A DNA stretch of 40,978 bases from contig CAJVPI010000226.1 of assembly GCA_910592345.1 (NCBI GenBank), positions 1 to 40,978 on the forward strand, in the 5' to 3' direction. The translations under genes were made by a program, and so were the position numbers. Under the pieces are notes generated by a model. It was given only the letters and a program-made list of their open reading frames with translations, ran no database searches and had not been told where the DNA came from. The DNA comes from Paraglomus brasilianum (lineage: Eukaryota). Of the stretch, positions 25,103 to 35,956 are shown piece by piece (the first letter of the stretch is position 1; each line of letters starts with the position of its first letter).

Positions 25103-25929
25103 GACACAGGAGCAAAGCTTTGGAAAAGCTAAAAGTATCAGATTTTTTCCTACTTGAGTTTAAGTTCAGTCAGATTAGAGATACAAGAGTGGTGATTTTA
25201 GCATAATTTTTAATAACTGTTAGGAGCTGCAGTTTGGCATGTCTTTTTTAAATATTTATAGCTGAAATGATAAAATGGTTTTAACATTCAATTGTCAATG
25301 AAAATTATTATGAAATAAATTTTGTTGAATTTACTTTAATTGCTAAATATTAATGTTGTAACAAACTGCCACTATGACTGACATTTAACTTCAGTATTGT
25401 AGTTTGTCTTAAAGAAAGTTTAACCCCTTTAAGGTGTTCTTTTCAGGGTTATTGCTTTCCCTTTGTTATTGTCTTTACTCTGATGAGTCATATAGTTGAT
25501 ACAGGCTGGGAATTTAGGAGTTTTCAGTAATCTGTTGGTTGAGAAAGAAATAAATCTATAAAATTACTACCTGAAATCTGAACATCAATGTCTTCATTTT
25601 GTAAAAGTGATGCAGAAATGGGTATATTCCTTGTTGCTTTGTAGTCTTGAAAAAGTCTGTATTTATTTCCAAGCCAGGGAATATAATTATAATATAATGT
25701 CAGAAGTTATTTTGTTAAAGACTCTTTAGCATACAGTCACTTGTTAAATAGATAGGTATTAATATTAGTGTGCTTTATAAAAAACATATATTAAATTCAT
25801 CAATCTGCTAAGGGAATTGTTACGGCGAGCTGATCTGATGAATCAGCTAAGTGAGTCACATCCTCCGCAGTCAAACAACCCCATGATCGACACTAATTTT
25901 AGTTCAGTTTCACAAAAAGCATTGATTTG

Positions 25930-26035
25930 GTTAAAAGTGCGTTGCGCTTTTTCCGCGACAGCACAAAACGCTATAATTAATCTATATTTAATTGTTTTTC
26001 TAGAAATAGTTAAAAGTGCGTTGCGCTTTTTCCGC
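25930..26035. repeat. Perfect 27-bp direct repeat with an internal imperfect palindrome
   Basis: GTTAAAAGTGCGTTGCGCTTTTTCCGC at 25930-25956 and 26009-26035. Confidence 0.85.
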
Positions 26036-26714
26036 AACGCCCAAACATATATAAGTAGCTCACATCCCATGGTCAAAAATGAATGTTGTCATGTTACGAA
26101 TAAAAATAAAATATTACTGATCTTAGTAGTATTCTCCCGCAATCTTTTATTATAAATATACAAATTTTATTTTCTATTGTCGAAATAATTGATTATTAGG
26201 CCGGACACTCCAATAAACGGCTCACTTAAGCTGTAACAAAATAGTATTGATTTGATCAAGCTAGTAAGCTGTCCGTGGATCAATTACGTGAATAATGGAA
26301 CTAGAGTTCATAATTAATTATTGAGACGAATATTGTTTAATTAGTTTAGATAGAACAAGTGATGGATACCGACTAGTCGAAACACAAATCGAAGACAGCC
26401 CTGTTTAAATTTAAAAATTAGTATTATTCCCCTTCGATTCTTTAGTAGAATAATTGTTGTTATTATTTTATTAGAGGTACCCTTATTTGTATTCACGAGT
26501 GTTTGAAACTCGGATAGGGAGTGAAAAAGCGCGCATAATTAAAATAGGTCACTTGAGGCTTAATTCAGTCTTAATTGCACGACTATCGTAGTAAGGGCGA
26601 TAGTACGAGCTAAGCCTGGTAACATCCCCCGGTCGGCGAACACACCTACACAAAAGGATAAATCGCTCTCCCAAAAATCCCATTTAATTCCCGACCGTAA
26701 CGCTTAAGATTGTA

Positions 26715-26867
26715 ATGAAAGAGTTCAAAGAAGAGTGGGAATTGTGTTATGAAAAATCTCAGATAGCATTAAATGAGTGGTATGAGTTTAGTGCTATTGA
26801 TAAGATGCTCAAAGATGCTAGAAAGTGGGTTCGCACAGTTTTCTTATCAGCAGAATTGATGCGTTAG
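26715..26867 (+). mobile_element. Possible decayed SWIM-finger (MULE-like) transposase fragment
   Basis: MKEFKEEWELCYEK..KDARKWVRT, followed in a shifted frame by SFLISR. This resembles the FKxEW..WVCTCPxFxxSRFLxCKH segment of fungal SWIM-domain transposon proteins (recalled pattern, unverified). Confidence 0.4.
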
Positions 26868-27179
26868 ACGACCCTGTTCTAAAACGAGAGCATATAGATG
26901 TAGAGTATCTAGAACAGGAAAAAAATATAAAAATATAATACGAAACGACTGAAATTGAAATAAAAAGATTAGCTCCCTCCCCGGTATTAGGTTCGAACGT
27001 TCGAATTTCAAAGTTCAAAACATGTAAAAATTCTTCTAATGCTGTATTAGCACTGTACATTTTTGACCCCTACACTAAAATCCACAAATAAATAAAATCA
27101 CGCCCAGTTTAAACAGTTATGCTAACCTATTTGTTACAAAAGCACATCTTGAACCCTTTGTCATCTTAATTTTACTTTT

Positions 27180-27560
27180 GGAACCAAGGCCCCCCACCAA
27201 TCTTTGAGAACCATCAATTCTCGTGAACACAAGTGTTATTGCGCCTCGATTATCTATTGAGCTATTTTTAATGATGAACGTTGATTCACGTAGGAAAGTT
27301 TCCTTGCATACTTATCTTAGAATAACTTATTGTTCGCATAGTAAATTTGCACCTTCATCACTTGATGCACGATCTTAACCTGATGGTGGTCAATGATATA
27401 TTCTTGTCTAAACATCGTATTAGATCAGGAACAGCTTAATTATCAGGTAATAGCTTCACGCAACAACGGAGTTAAGATCATTTTAACCCTCATTTCGACA
27501 AGCCTTCTCACTCTTTTTTAGCAAACTGGTTCGATTTATTCCAATAATGCTTAACATTTT
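27180..27560 (-). pseudogene. Heavily decayed RI-like LRR gene fragment
   Basis: The minus strand reads LIRCLDKNISLTTIRLRSCI(frameshift)DEGANLLCE (about 27420-27335) and IKNSSIDNRGAITL (about 27272-27231), interrupted by stops. Confidence 0.45.
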
Positions 27561-28195
27561 CTGTTTGACCTTTTATAACAAATCAAAGAACTCATCATCC
27601 CAGGATTTTCTCCTAATTGTGCTTATACTTGTAGAGGAAACAGATCTGTCCATTTTCCCACGCTGTTTGATATGTAGCGGGTGATAAGATTTAGACCAAT
27701 ACTTTCGCTTCATCAATTAATCTCATTCACCACACTTTAAATAGCATTTTCAGTAACGTCATCGCCTCTAATGTACTGTATGGGCTGTTACTGTCATTAT
27801 TCAAAATCGTGTAACAAGTTTTCCATTTCTGATAATGCCTTAAAAAATTGGCCCGCACCAAGAATGAAATTTACAATTTGATTTTCCCCCCACCCATATT
27901 TGAAGCGAATTGCTAATACGAGCAACAATCTAGAAAACCAAAGACTATCAATAGTGATAGTGAAGAATACCGTCAGCCATGCAAAAGGCTCTAAAAATTT
28001 AGACTTTTCTCAAATACAAATACCTGAATAATGAGATTATAAATCTCCAAATAAATACTCCCCGGCGCCCCAAAAAATGTATTTTTGCGTAACATTCCCA
28101 TCGAATTTTTCACGTGTTATTAAACCTCTAAGTATTAATATTAGAATAAATATTTCGATCGGCTAAGTACTCGTAAACGTAGAAGTTAAACCACA

Positions 28196-31100
28196 ATGTC
28201 GTTTAGTTCGCACGCCAGCTCGACTATTCATTCAGGCTGTCCTGAATTGCCAGTTAGATGGTAAGTCGAAAAAATGTTTATAATTACTGATCAAGATATC
28301 CATTGAGACATAGGTGATATAAGACTGGTTCTTACGGGTAACAGAAAAGGAGGGCTTTCATATCTGAATATTACATTGATTAGATTTAATGATTGTTTGT
28401 TATCAAGGTTTCATGCCATTGATTGTCCGCAACGCGATCCAACGAAAACCACACCGCCGCAACCTGCAGCTTCGTCTACAAGTACAGGAACACCGGCAAC
28501 AAAGATAGTTAAGCAACCATCAAATTGGGTTGCATTCTCAAAGAGAGATTCGAATGCTCTAGAGCAAGCGTATCAATCTAACGAACCTGGTGTCAAAGTG
28601 GCGTGCAATGAGGACTATTTGTTCGAAGCTGACATTGAGAATCGAGAAATCGAGCCGGTATGGATGGATTTATAATGGGGGGCGAGTTTCTCACTCTTTC
28701 CTTGTCGATGCTGGAACTTTTATGCTTTGATATAGTACTTGTTCTAGTTGCTTATATAAGTTAGCTTGATTTGCCTACACGTAATTAGGTATACTGGCTA
28801 GGTCCAACGTACGAAATTCGACGAGGTACATGGTTCCAAGTTGACGGCAGCAAGGTCATTCCATGCGACGAGAATCTGGCGATGCAGATCGAAGACGGAT
28901 ACAAGTACTATTGCGTTCTTTAAAAATAAAAAGCTCATGATCGATCTGTTGAGTCTGCTTTTGTTGACTTGCTTGAGGTTCACTGCTTAGGAAACATCAA
29001 CCATGGATTCCCCCTGTAGAGCAGAGTGAAGAGGGTGGCAATGCATTGGATGAGAAGAAGGATCTTGTACAAGAGAAAACTTGGGCTTTACTTGGGAGAT
29101 ATTTGTCGCAATATGTCTTATATACTGGGCCATCGACTGCATGGTTGTTGAGGTACAAATCGGCTCTCGGATCTCTTATCGAATGAAATAGTTTTGTTAC
29201 GTACATATCAAAATGTGTGTGTATGCTATCTACCTCTATATCTATATCTATATCTATATCTATATTACGACTCTTTTTTTTATATCAGTGACGACGTAGC
29301 AGGAAAACTTACAAAGGCAATATTTGCTAAACTGACAATGGGAGTAAATCTTGGCGGAATAAAATTAATACGCGGATATGCTGAAGTGGCCAAGACAATG
29401 TCTGGTAAAACTGATGATGTCGAAAAGAAGAAAGAAGAGACTGAGACCCAATCGAATAATCTGAACCAGTCGTTCAGCGAGCGGAAGAAAGAATACGTAC
29501 AGGAGACGATAGAGAGTCATGATTATGAGAATGAACAAAGCGAAGAAGAGAGAGTCATTGATCATCTCGTCCTAGTCATTCACGGGTATGTTGACCCAAC
29601 TTGAGAAAATTTTTGATACCGATCGAGCTACATTCTTTGTTTACACTTTTTTTTTCTGTTTGAAAGCATTGGCCAAAAACTAGGTGAACGGATGGAAGCT
29701 ATCAACTTTGTCCATGGTATGATTGCATATACGATTCTGCTTGATTTCTGTATTTCGTATCGCGTTTTCTCCTTAACGATCCACCGATCATTTATTGCTA
29801 GACGTCAATGTTCTACGTAGAACGATAAAGAATACATTTGCAACAAATCCACCGAATGAACTCGGTTCTCGCTCTCAAACATCCTCTTCACCAAATGCTT
29901 CCAGGCGAAACTCTACACCGACGCCACATCGCGGAGACGGAGTTCAAGTCCTTCCGATCCAATGGAGACAGGAAATCAAGTTTGGGATGGCATGTAACAG
30001 TGAATTAATACAACGTGATTTGGGATTACCCGATGCTGAAGATGGACAAACGACTATGGATGAAATTACGCTGGATGGAGTACCAACGATTAGATTGATG
30101 ATATCGGATGTGCTAATGGATGGTAGTATATTGAGAAAAGAAGAATGGGTGGGGAGTATTACGGGCAAAATGACGAATGAAACGATTAAGAGAAGCAGTT
30201 ATAAAAAAGACAGTTTCTTTAATCAGTTACAAGTCGATTTAATTTAACCCATATGTATTATTTTCCATGTAGTGCTACTGTACATGACTCCATTGTATAG
30301 AGAACAAATGATCAACACGGTTACCCGTGAATCCAATCGTGTATACAATCTTTTCGTTCAGCGTAATCCACATTTTCTCGAACTTGGAGGGAAAGTATCT
30401 ATTTATGGCCATTCTCTCGGCTCCGTTCTTGCCTTTGACATTCTCTGTCACCAAGTTCCTCCAAGTCCCTCCTCTTCGATGGGTATATTCGATGATGGTG
30501 GAAGTACAGATGACAAATTACATAAGGGTCTTGTGAAGTTGGATTTCCCGGTTGAAAACTTTTTCGCTGTTGGATCACCGATTGGGTTGTTCTTGTTGTT
30601 GAAAGGTGTCAAGATTTCTTCAAGAAAGTTTACCAGAGATAGAAAACAGGAGGCGTCGGGTGATAATGAGTTGGGAATGGGGCTCCGGCTTTCGCCAGCA
30701 GCTTCTCCCATACCATTATGCTATCCTGCTGTCGAGAACATTTATAACATATTTCATCGCGCAGGTATGTTTAATGAATATGCCTGCTAAGGGAGAACCG
30801 CCAAAAGATAATGTACTGAAAATACTCTTTTTACTAGATCCAATTGCATATAAATTAGGTAAGTTTTCAAAGCAACTGGGTTCAACGTTTATCCAAGACG
30901 GTCCCTGACATCGACTATATATATTGGTAGAACCATTAATATCTCGCAAATACAGTGCAAGTCTCAAGCCTGCACTTATACCATATCACAAGGGAGGTCT
31001 TAAAGCCGTACATATCGGTCTACAAGAATTTAGTTCTGGAATTGCAAGCAAAGCCACCACTATGTATGAGACTGTGAAAACAGTCATGTTTGCACGTACT

Positions 31101-31532
31101 CTTCTTAACAGAACATACGTTGATTCAGGAAGCAGGAAAGTGACAACTGACAGTGATCGAGACGGAAGTACAGCAAACTCGACTCAACATCCGCCAACCG
31201 CATCTGCTACTGGTAATTCACAATCGCAGAGCAGTTTAAATGAGAATGAGAATCATGACCCGATTGGAGCTGCCAAGTTGAAGTGTCTGAATTCGACCGG
31301 AAGAGTTGATTATTGCTTACAGGTAAATGTATTGACATACTGTTATGTGTATCGATTCATACGACATTGACCCGTTCTGATCATATCTAATTTTACGCTT
31401 ATTCTATAGGAGGGAATTCTGGATGTCAGTTATATTAACGCAGTTACCGTACATTTGAGTTACTGGTCGGATTCCGATGTCACGTACTTTTTACTAAGAG
31501 AATTATATAGAACACCCGATGAGGAAGTTTGA
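28196..31532 (+). CDS. DDHD-domain phospholipase A1 (Ddl1-like), multi-exon
   Basis: VRW/FHAID, WVAFSKRDS, YWLGPTYEIRRGTWF, IDHLVLVIHG/IGQKL, VQVLPIQWR, GHSLGS, FFAVGSPIG, YNIFHRA/DPIAYKL/EPL, GRVDYCLQ, HLSYW. Confidence 0.92.
29235..29264. repeat. (TCTATA)5 microsatellite in a DDHD intron
   Basis: Five exact hexamer copies just upstream of a 3' splice site. Confidence 0.9.
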
Positions 31533-31736
31533 AAGAGGCAGCGCGTATAATATCCCTTTTCTACAATAATCTTTCTCCTTACATCTCTTCTTGTCATACT
31601 ATTTTGAGTTTGTTGTTATGTATTGTATAATAATATACTATACTAGAGTTACGGCCTATCTTTGATTATTTATTATCGTATCATCCTGCTGTTGATCTAA
31701 CAAAGATTCGATTTTCTTGGCTGCTTGCCTATCCAC

Positions 31737-32110
31737 ACGGGGTTACTATATTCAAACCTAATGACTTGTAGGATCCCGTAAATTAAATCTTCTCAATCAT
31801 TTAATGATTAGTCATTGGTCCGCATGTGTCACTGACCGAGTAGTGAGTGAGGCGTTCGATCTAGGAGTTGGCAAAGCAAGACTCCACCTTTTTCTAGCCC
31901 ACCTTCCCGTTCTCAACCCCGCTTGTCCTTTATCCAAAAGACATCGACTTGAGCAATAGGCGCCGAGAAGAGTCAGTCACATTTAACGAACACTTAACGC
32001 AGGGCACTCGATGAAGAGTGAGATGCCTTCCTTTCTAATTGACACAAAAGAAAGAAGAGGTCATTGACGCTTAACAGTCTTGACTTTAAAGACTTCACCG
32101 CGCACATGAC
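31737..32110. ncRNA. Candidate structured non-coding RNA of unknown family; strand unresolved
   Basis: GC-richer, ORF-less island between convergent DDHD and NDUFAF6 3' ends, with many nested complementary segments (see findings). Confidence 0.45.
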
Positions 32111-32279
32111 TTTTCTACAGTGTTATACCTTGAACCGCATATCGCGTAAAGAAAGTGCATATGATCTAATAGAAAGTTGCAGGCCGTTTTTATTTATTAT
32201 CTATATGGTACAATATTTCCGTTTATAGCCAGAGGCTCGAGAACAAATTAGAGTTTCCCCCTGTATTAGATTGTCTTTT

Positions 32280-33770
32280 TTAATATCTCTGCTTACGATG
32301 ACTTATCCACAGCGTGAATGGTAACTTCCAATCTTGTATGCTCAATTTTGGTTCAAATACATCAAAATTATATTTTTCTAACCTCTTTAAATAAGATTCA
32401 CATGAAACCTTGCAGGAGAAACCAATAAGGAACAAACATGTTAAATTCGCTTGTTGACGTATATTCATTATTCATGCATTATACTTACTGCAGGGAGCAA
32501 AACGGAAATAGCTTGTTTTGGAACTCGAGGTAGGAATGATCTTGCCGTAATCAAATGATCATGTGCTGTAGTAGCAACTTCAAAGATTGCATCGGCAAGG
32601 CCTTCAACTCTTCCTGATCGAAAAACTTCTTCTTGACTAATGTTATACTGTTGGCCATTTAGACGAGGGGGGAATGTTTCTTATTGCTCAGATTGTCAAC
32701 ACCATATTGATGATAACAATGTCAAGTTATATCGCATCTTTTACCTTTGCCAAGACGTCTACTGGGACCATCATTCTCCGTTTAGATGCCAAATAAGGAA
32801 ACGCTCTTAATACTGACGCAATACCAATCGCTTTTCCAATGTGGCTAGCGGCATGATCCGCTTGTAAGTCGCGTATTCCCAAGGATTCTAGATGTAAATA
32901 TAATAAACAAGACGATGTGTTTTCACCATATGATTCAAGGTCTTTGATTGTCATACACGGAAGATCACTTAGGTGCAAGGCCTGCAGGGGGCGGGAGATT
33001 AATTTAAACATTTTTCATGTAAAATTATAAATATCATGGTTATATTATTGGAGACTTACTCTTTCGTCAATGACTCTCTTGAAAAACAGGGGTGACAGTC
33101 GGGAACGCTTCAGAACGTCGCTAAGAATCAAAGCAATTGGGTGTCTTGGCGGATTACCCTGAACGTCAAAAATACAGTATGCTTAATATATGTCTTAAAC
33201 AACTTTGAACCAAGCATTGTAATGGTCAAACAAGGGGTAAATGCCACCAGTATCATCACCACCAGCAACAAAATCAATTTATAATTTGAATCGAAGAGAA
33301 AGTTGAGGGAGAAAAAAAACGACAATTCAAAGAATTACAAAAGAGCGAACGACAAACACATTTCATATCTTACCTTGAATACACCATCGATGGTCTCCCG
33401 CCAGAACTGCATTCTCATGCTCCCAATATGAGGATTACTCACATTCTCTCTCACCATAGCAATTTCTAAATTGAATGCTCGTACGGCGACATGAGCGGGC
33501 CTGGCTTCTTTGGGATAGAATGCTGATATAAGATAATTCTCATAATCATGTTTCCTACAAATGACAAAGCGAAACATGTTTTCAGTACAGGGTGACGCTG
33601 CTATGGCGACAAGAAATTAAATCATTATCCTGCCTAACGAGATCAATACAATATTTGAGTGCAGAGTCCAATTCAGTAATCGAGTGTGTCTGTGATTGCG
33701 GAGCAGCGGTGGTGATAAACCGTATTTGCGAGTACAGTTGTCTTTGAGTCTGGTGAAATAATGAGTACAT
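32280..33770 (-). CDS. NDUFAF6: NDUFAF6-like complex I assembly factor (squalene/phytoene synthase fold), multi-exon
   Basis: Presequence-like N-terminus, YCIDLVR/KHDYENYL, RAFNLEIA, MRMQFWRETID, HPIALI, LESYGENT, DHAASHIGKAIGI, YLKRLEKYNFDVF. Confidence 0.9.
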
Positions 33771-33918
33771 GGTATGTGAAAAATGATTAATGCAGATCCG
33801 ATATATGTAGCAAACTTTATTGCACGTGAACTGCATAACGAAAATTTGTAATACAGCAAGCATTCAATTGTTTGGAGTCTCTGAACATCCTTGCCTTGCT
33901 AATCAAATACTATAATAA
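33771..33918. promoter_or_regulatory. Probable bidirectional promoter (148 bp between divergent ATGs)
   Basis: The NDUFAF6 ATG (33770, minus) and AP sigma ATG (33919, plus) face away from each other. CACGTG lies at 33823-33828. Confidence 0.6.
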
Positions 33919-34888
33919 ATGGTTTGTATTGGTCTTTCCATTGCCTCTCGTCTTGAACGCTTTACCACTATCAGTAGACAAAGCTTTCTTTTCCATCACT
34001 TAGATCCTCTATCTTCTTGTCTTCAGTCGCCATGGCAAAATGCGACTTCGAAAATGGTTTCAATTCTACAACGAGAAGCAGAAAACAAACTTGTCCACAG
34101 ATTTGTCTACCATAATATTGGGAAGGAAGAGATCAATGTGTAATGTTCTCGAATATGGAGAACACAAGGTTGGTTAGAATAATTGATCTAATTGAAGAAC
34201 GAATAATAATCAGTTATGAATAATTGTTCCGTATTCTATGTCTTCGTCCACAAGGTTATATACAAAAGGTGAGAAGATTTTTAGTATACAAGGATAACGT
34301 ATAATACTTATGGATCCGTATACTAAGAAATTTATATTATCTACAATTCCTCTAAACAGATATGCAAGTCTATACTTTGCAGCCGGCGTCGATTGGGATG
34401 AAAATGAACTATATGTGTTGGAGGTTATTCATCGTTATGTTCAAGTGTTGGATGAGTACTTTGGAAATGTGTGCGAACTAGATATTATCTACAACTTTGA
34501 AAAGGTACTGAATGCGACCAAAGAATGCACTTTACCATTACTGTAATTATGATATTAACGATCATGGACTTTATCTAATGTTTTTCAGGCTTATCAAGTC
34601 CTCGATGAATTAATGATCGGTTTGTACCTGTGAAGTTTTAGATAATATCCCAAACTATGGTTTCTTTTGCAGAATTAACAAAGGTACTCAAAATTGTAGG
34701 TGGTGAATTGCAAGAACCGAGCAAGAAGGCTGTTGTTCGTAAGTTGCGAATTCACAATCTGTAATTGTCGTTTTTACTACCACGAGTTTAATTCTATATG
34801 CCATTGAACATTAGGCCACGTACTTGCATTTGAGAGACACTGTGAATTAGATGCTGTAACGCGGAATTTACGTCAAGCAGACTTTTAA
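33919..34888 (+). CDS. Clathrin adaptor small (sigma) subunit, most like AP-1 sigma (7 exons, ATG-only first coding exon, 14-nt microexon)
   Basis: [97 protein letters not shown]. Confidence 0.9.
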
Positions 34889-35956
34889 TGAAAGATAGAA
34901 TTGTGCAAGTAATTTATGGTATAGATTGGTTGTATTAGTAAATGTAATATATTGGCTGCTCAGACAATATTCCAGATCAAGACTGTTGAAAGAAAATGGA
35001 TTTAACATTCAGTTAATTTGATTACACAATAAGAATAACAAGCGTCAAAGTCGACATGCGTTAGCTGTTGCATTTCACACTTTGAACACGTAGTAGTAAT
35101 AGTAAACCAAAGAATCGATTTTTTTGCAAGCATGAATTTCTTATGTTAGAAAAGCGATCGCTTTCGAAAATAAAAATTTCGTTGAGAAAAATACTCGGAA
35201 CTAAAGCTATCAATGGCGATAACTTATTTCTCGGTCACTCTAGTGCAGTGCAAACTTATATTTCAATGTCTCTGCTGTTATCATTTTTGGCGAACAAATT
35301 GTGCTAATGTTGACAAGTCAATAAAAATATCAATATAGCAACAGACCTAATTACCGAAACGTGGGAGAAGGATGTAATGTACGGTAGCGTACGTAGGGAA
35401 TGTTTTTCCCGAATAATTCAATTCTCTTTATTTAACAAGTCGCAACCATATACTTACTGTAGATGGATTCCTTGCTCGTATGTAACCGATATAAGGTCGA
35501 GTCCAAATTGATAACGTGTATTACGCTTTTCACAAGGAACGTCAGATAATGATGAAGTTGAAACTGCTGAATATCACTTGTGAGTTTGCTAGCTAGAATA
35601 CAACACATAAGTACTGTCAGTCAGTCAATTGCTATTTTGGCAATTAACTTATAACACATAAGCGTTACAATCAACTGACGCTTATACTGTAACAAGAATA
35701 CTTTAATAGCAGTACATAAATAGTTTATATTTAATAGGTTTCATAATCTAATGTTGGGAACCTTTCTATTATGATATACATAACGATGCAATGTAATAAC
35801 ATCTAAACTGTAGAATCAGATGAGCAAATGAACTCAATAATATAATTCACAAATAGTGACATTTCGCAGCCAGCCGCTGCTGTTGCATAGATGGAAAAAA
35901 TCTTGTCGACTATTGTTGTCGTAACAGATCCATTCGTTGACATTAATATCAGGCAT

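Noticed and set aside
31940..31975. Minus-strand CTTCTCGGCGCCTATTGCTCAAG resembling the U2 snRNA 5' end
   Set aside because: No GTGTAGTA branch-pairing sequence or Sm site follows.
32010..32025. GATGA plus AGAGTGAG resembling U3 boxes C' and B
   Set aside because: The boxes are adjacent rather than separated by a stem, and boxes A, C and D are missing.
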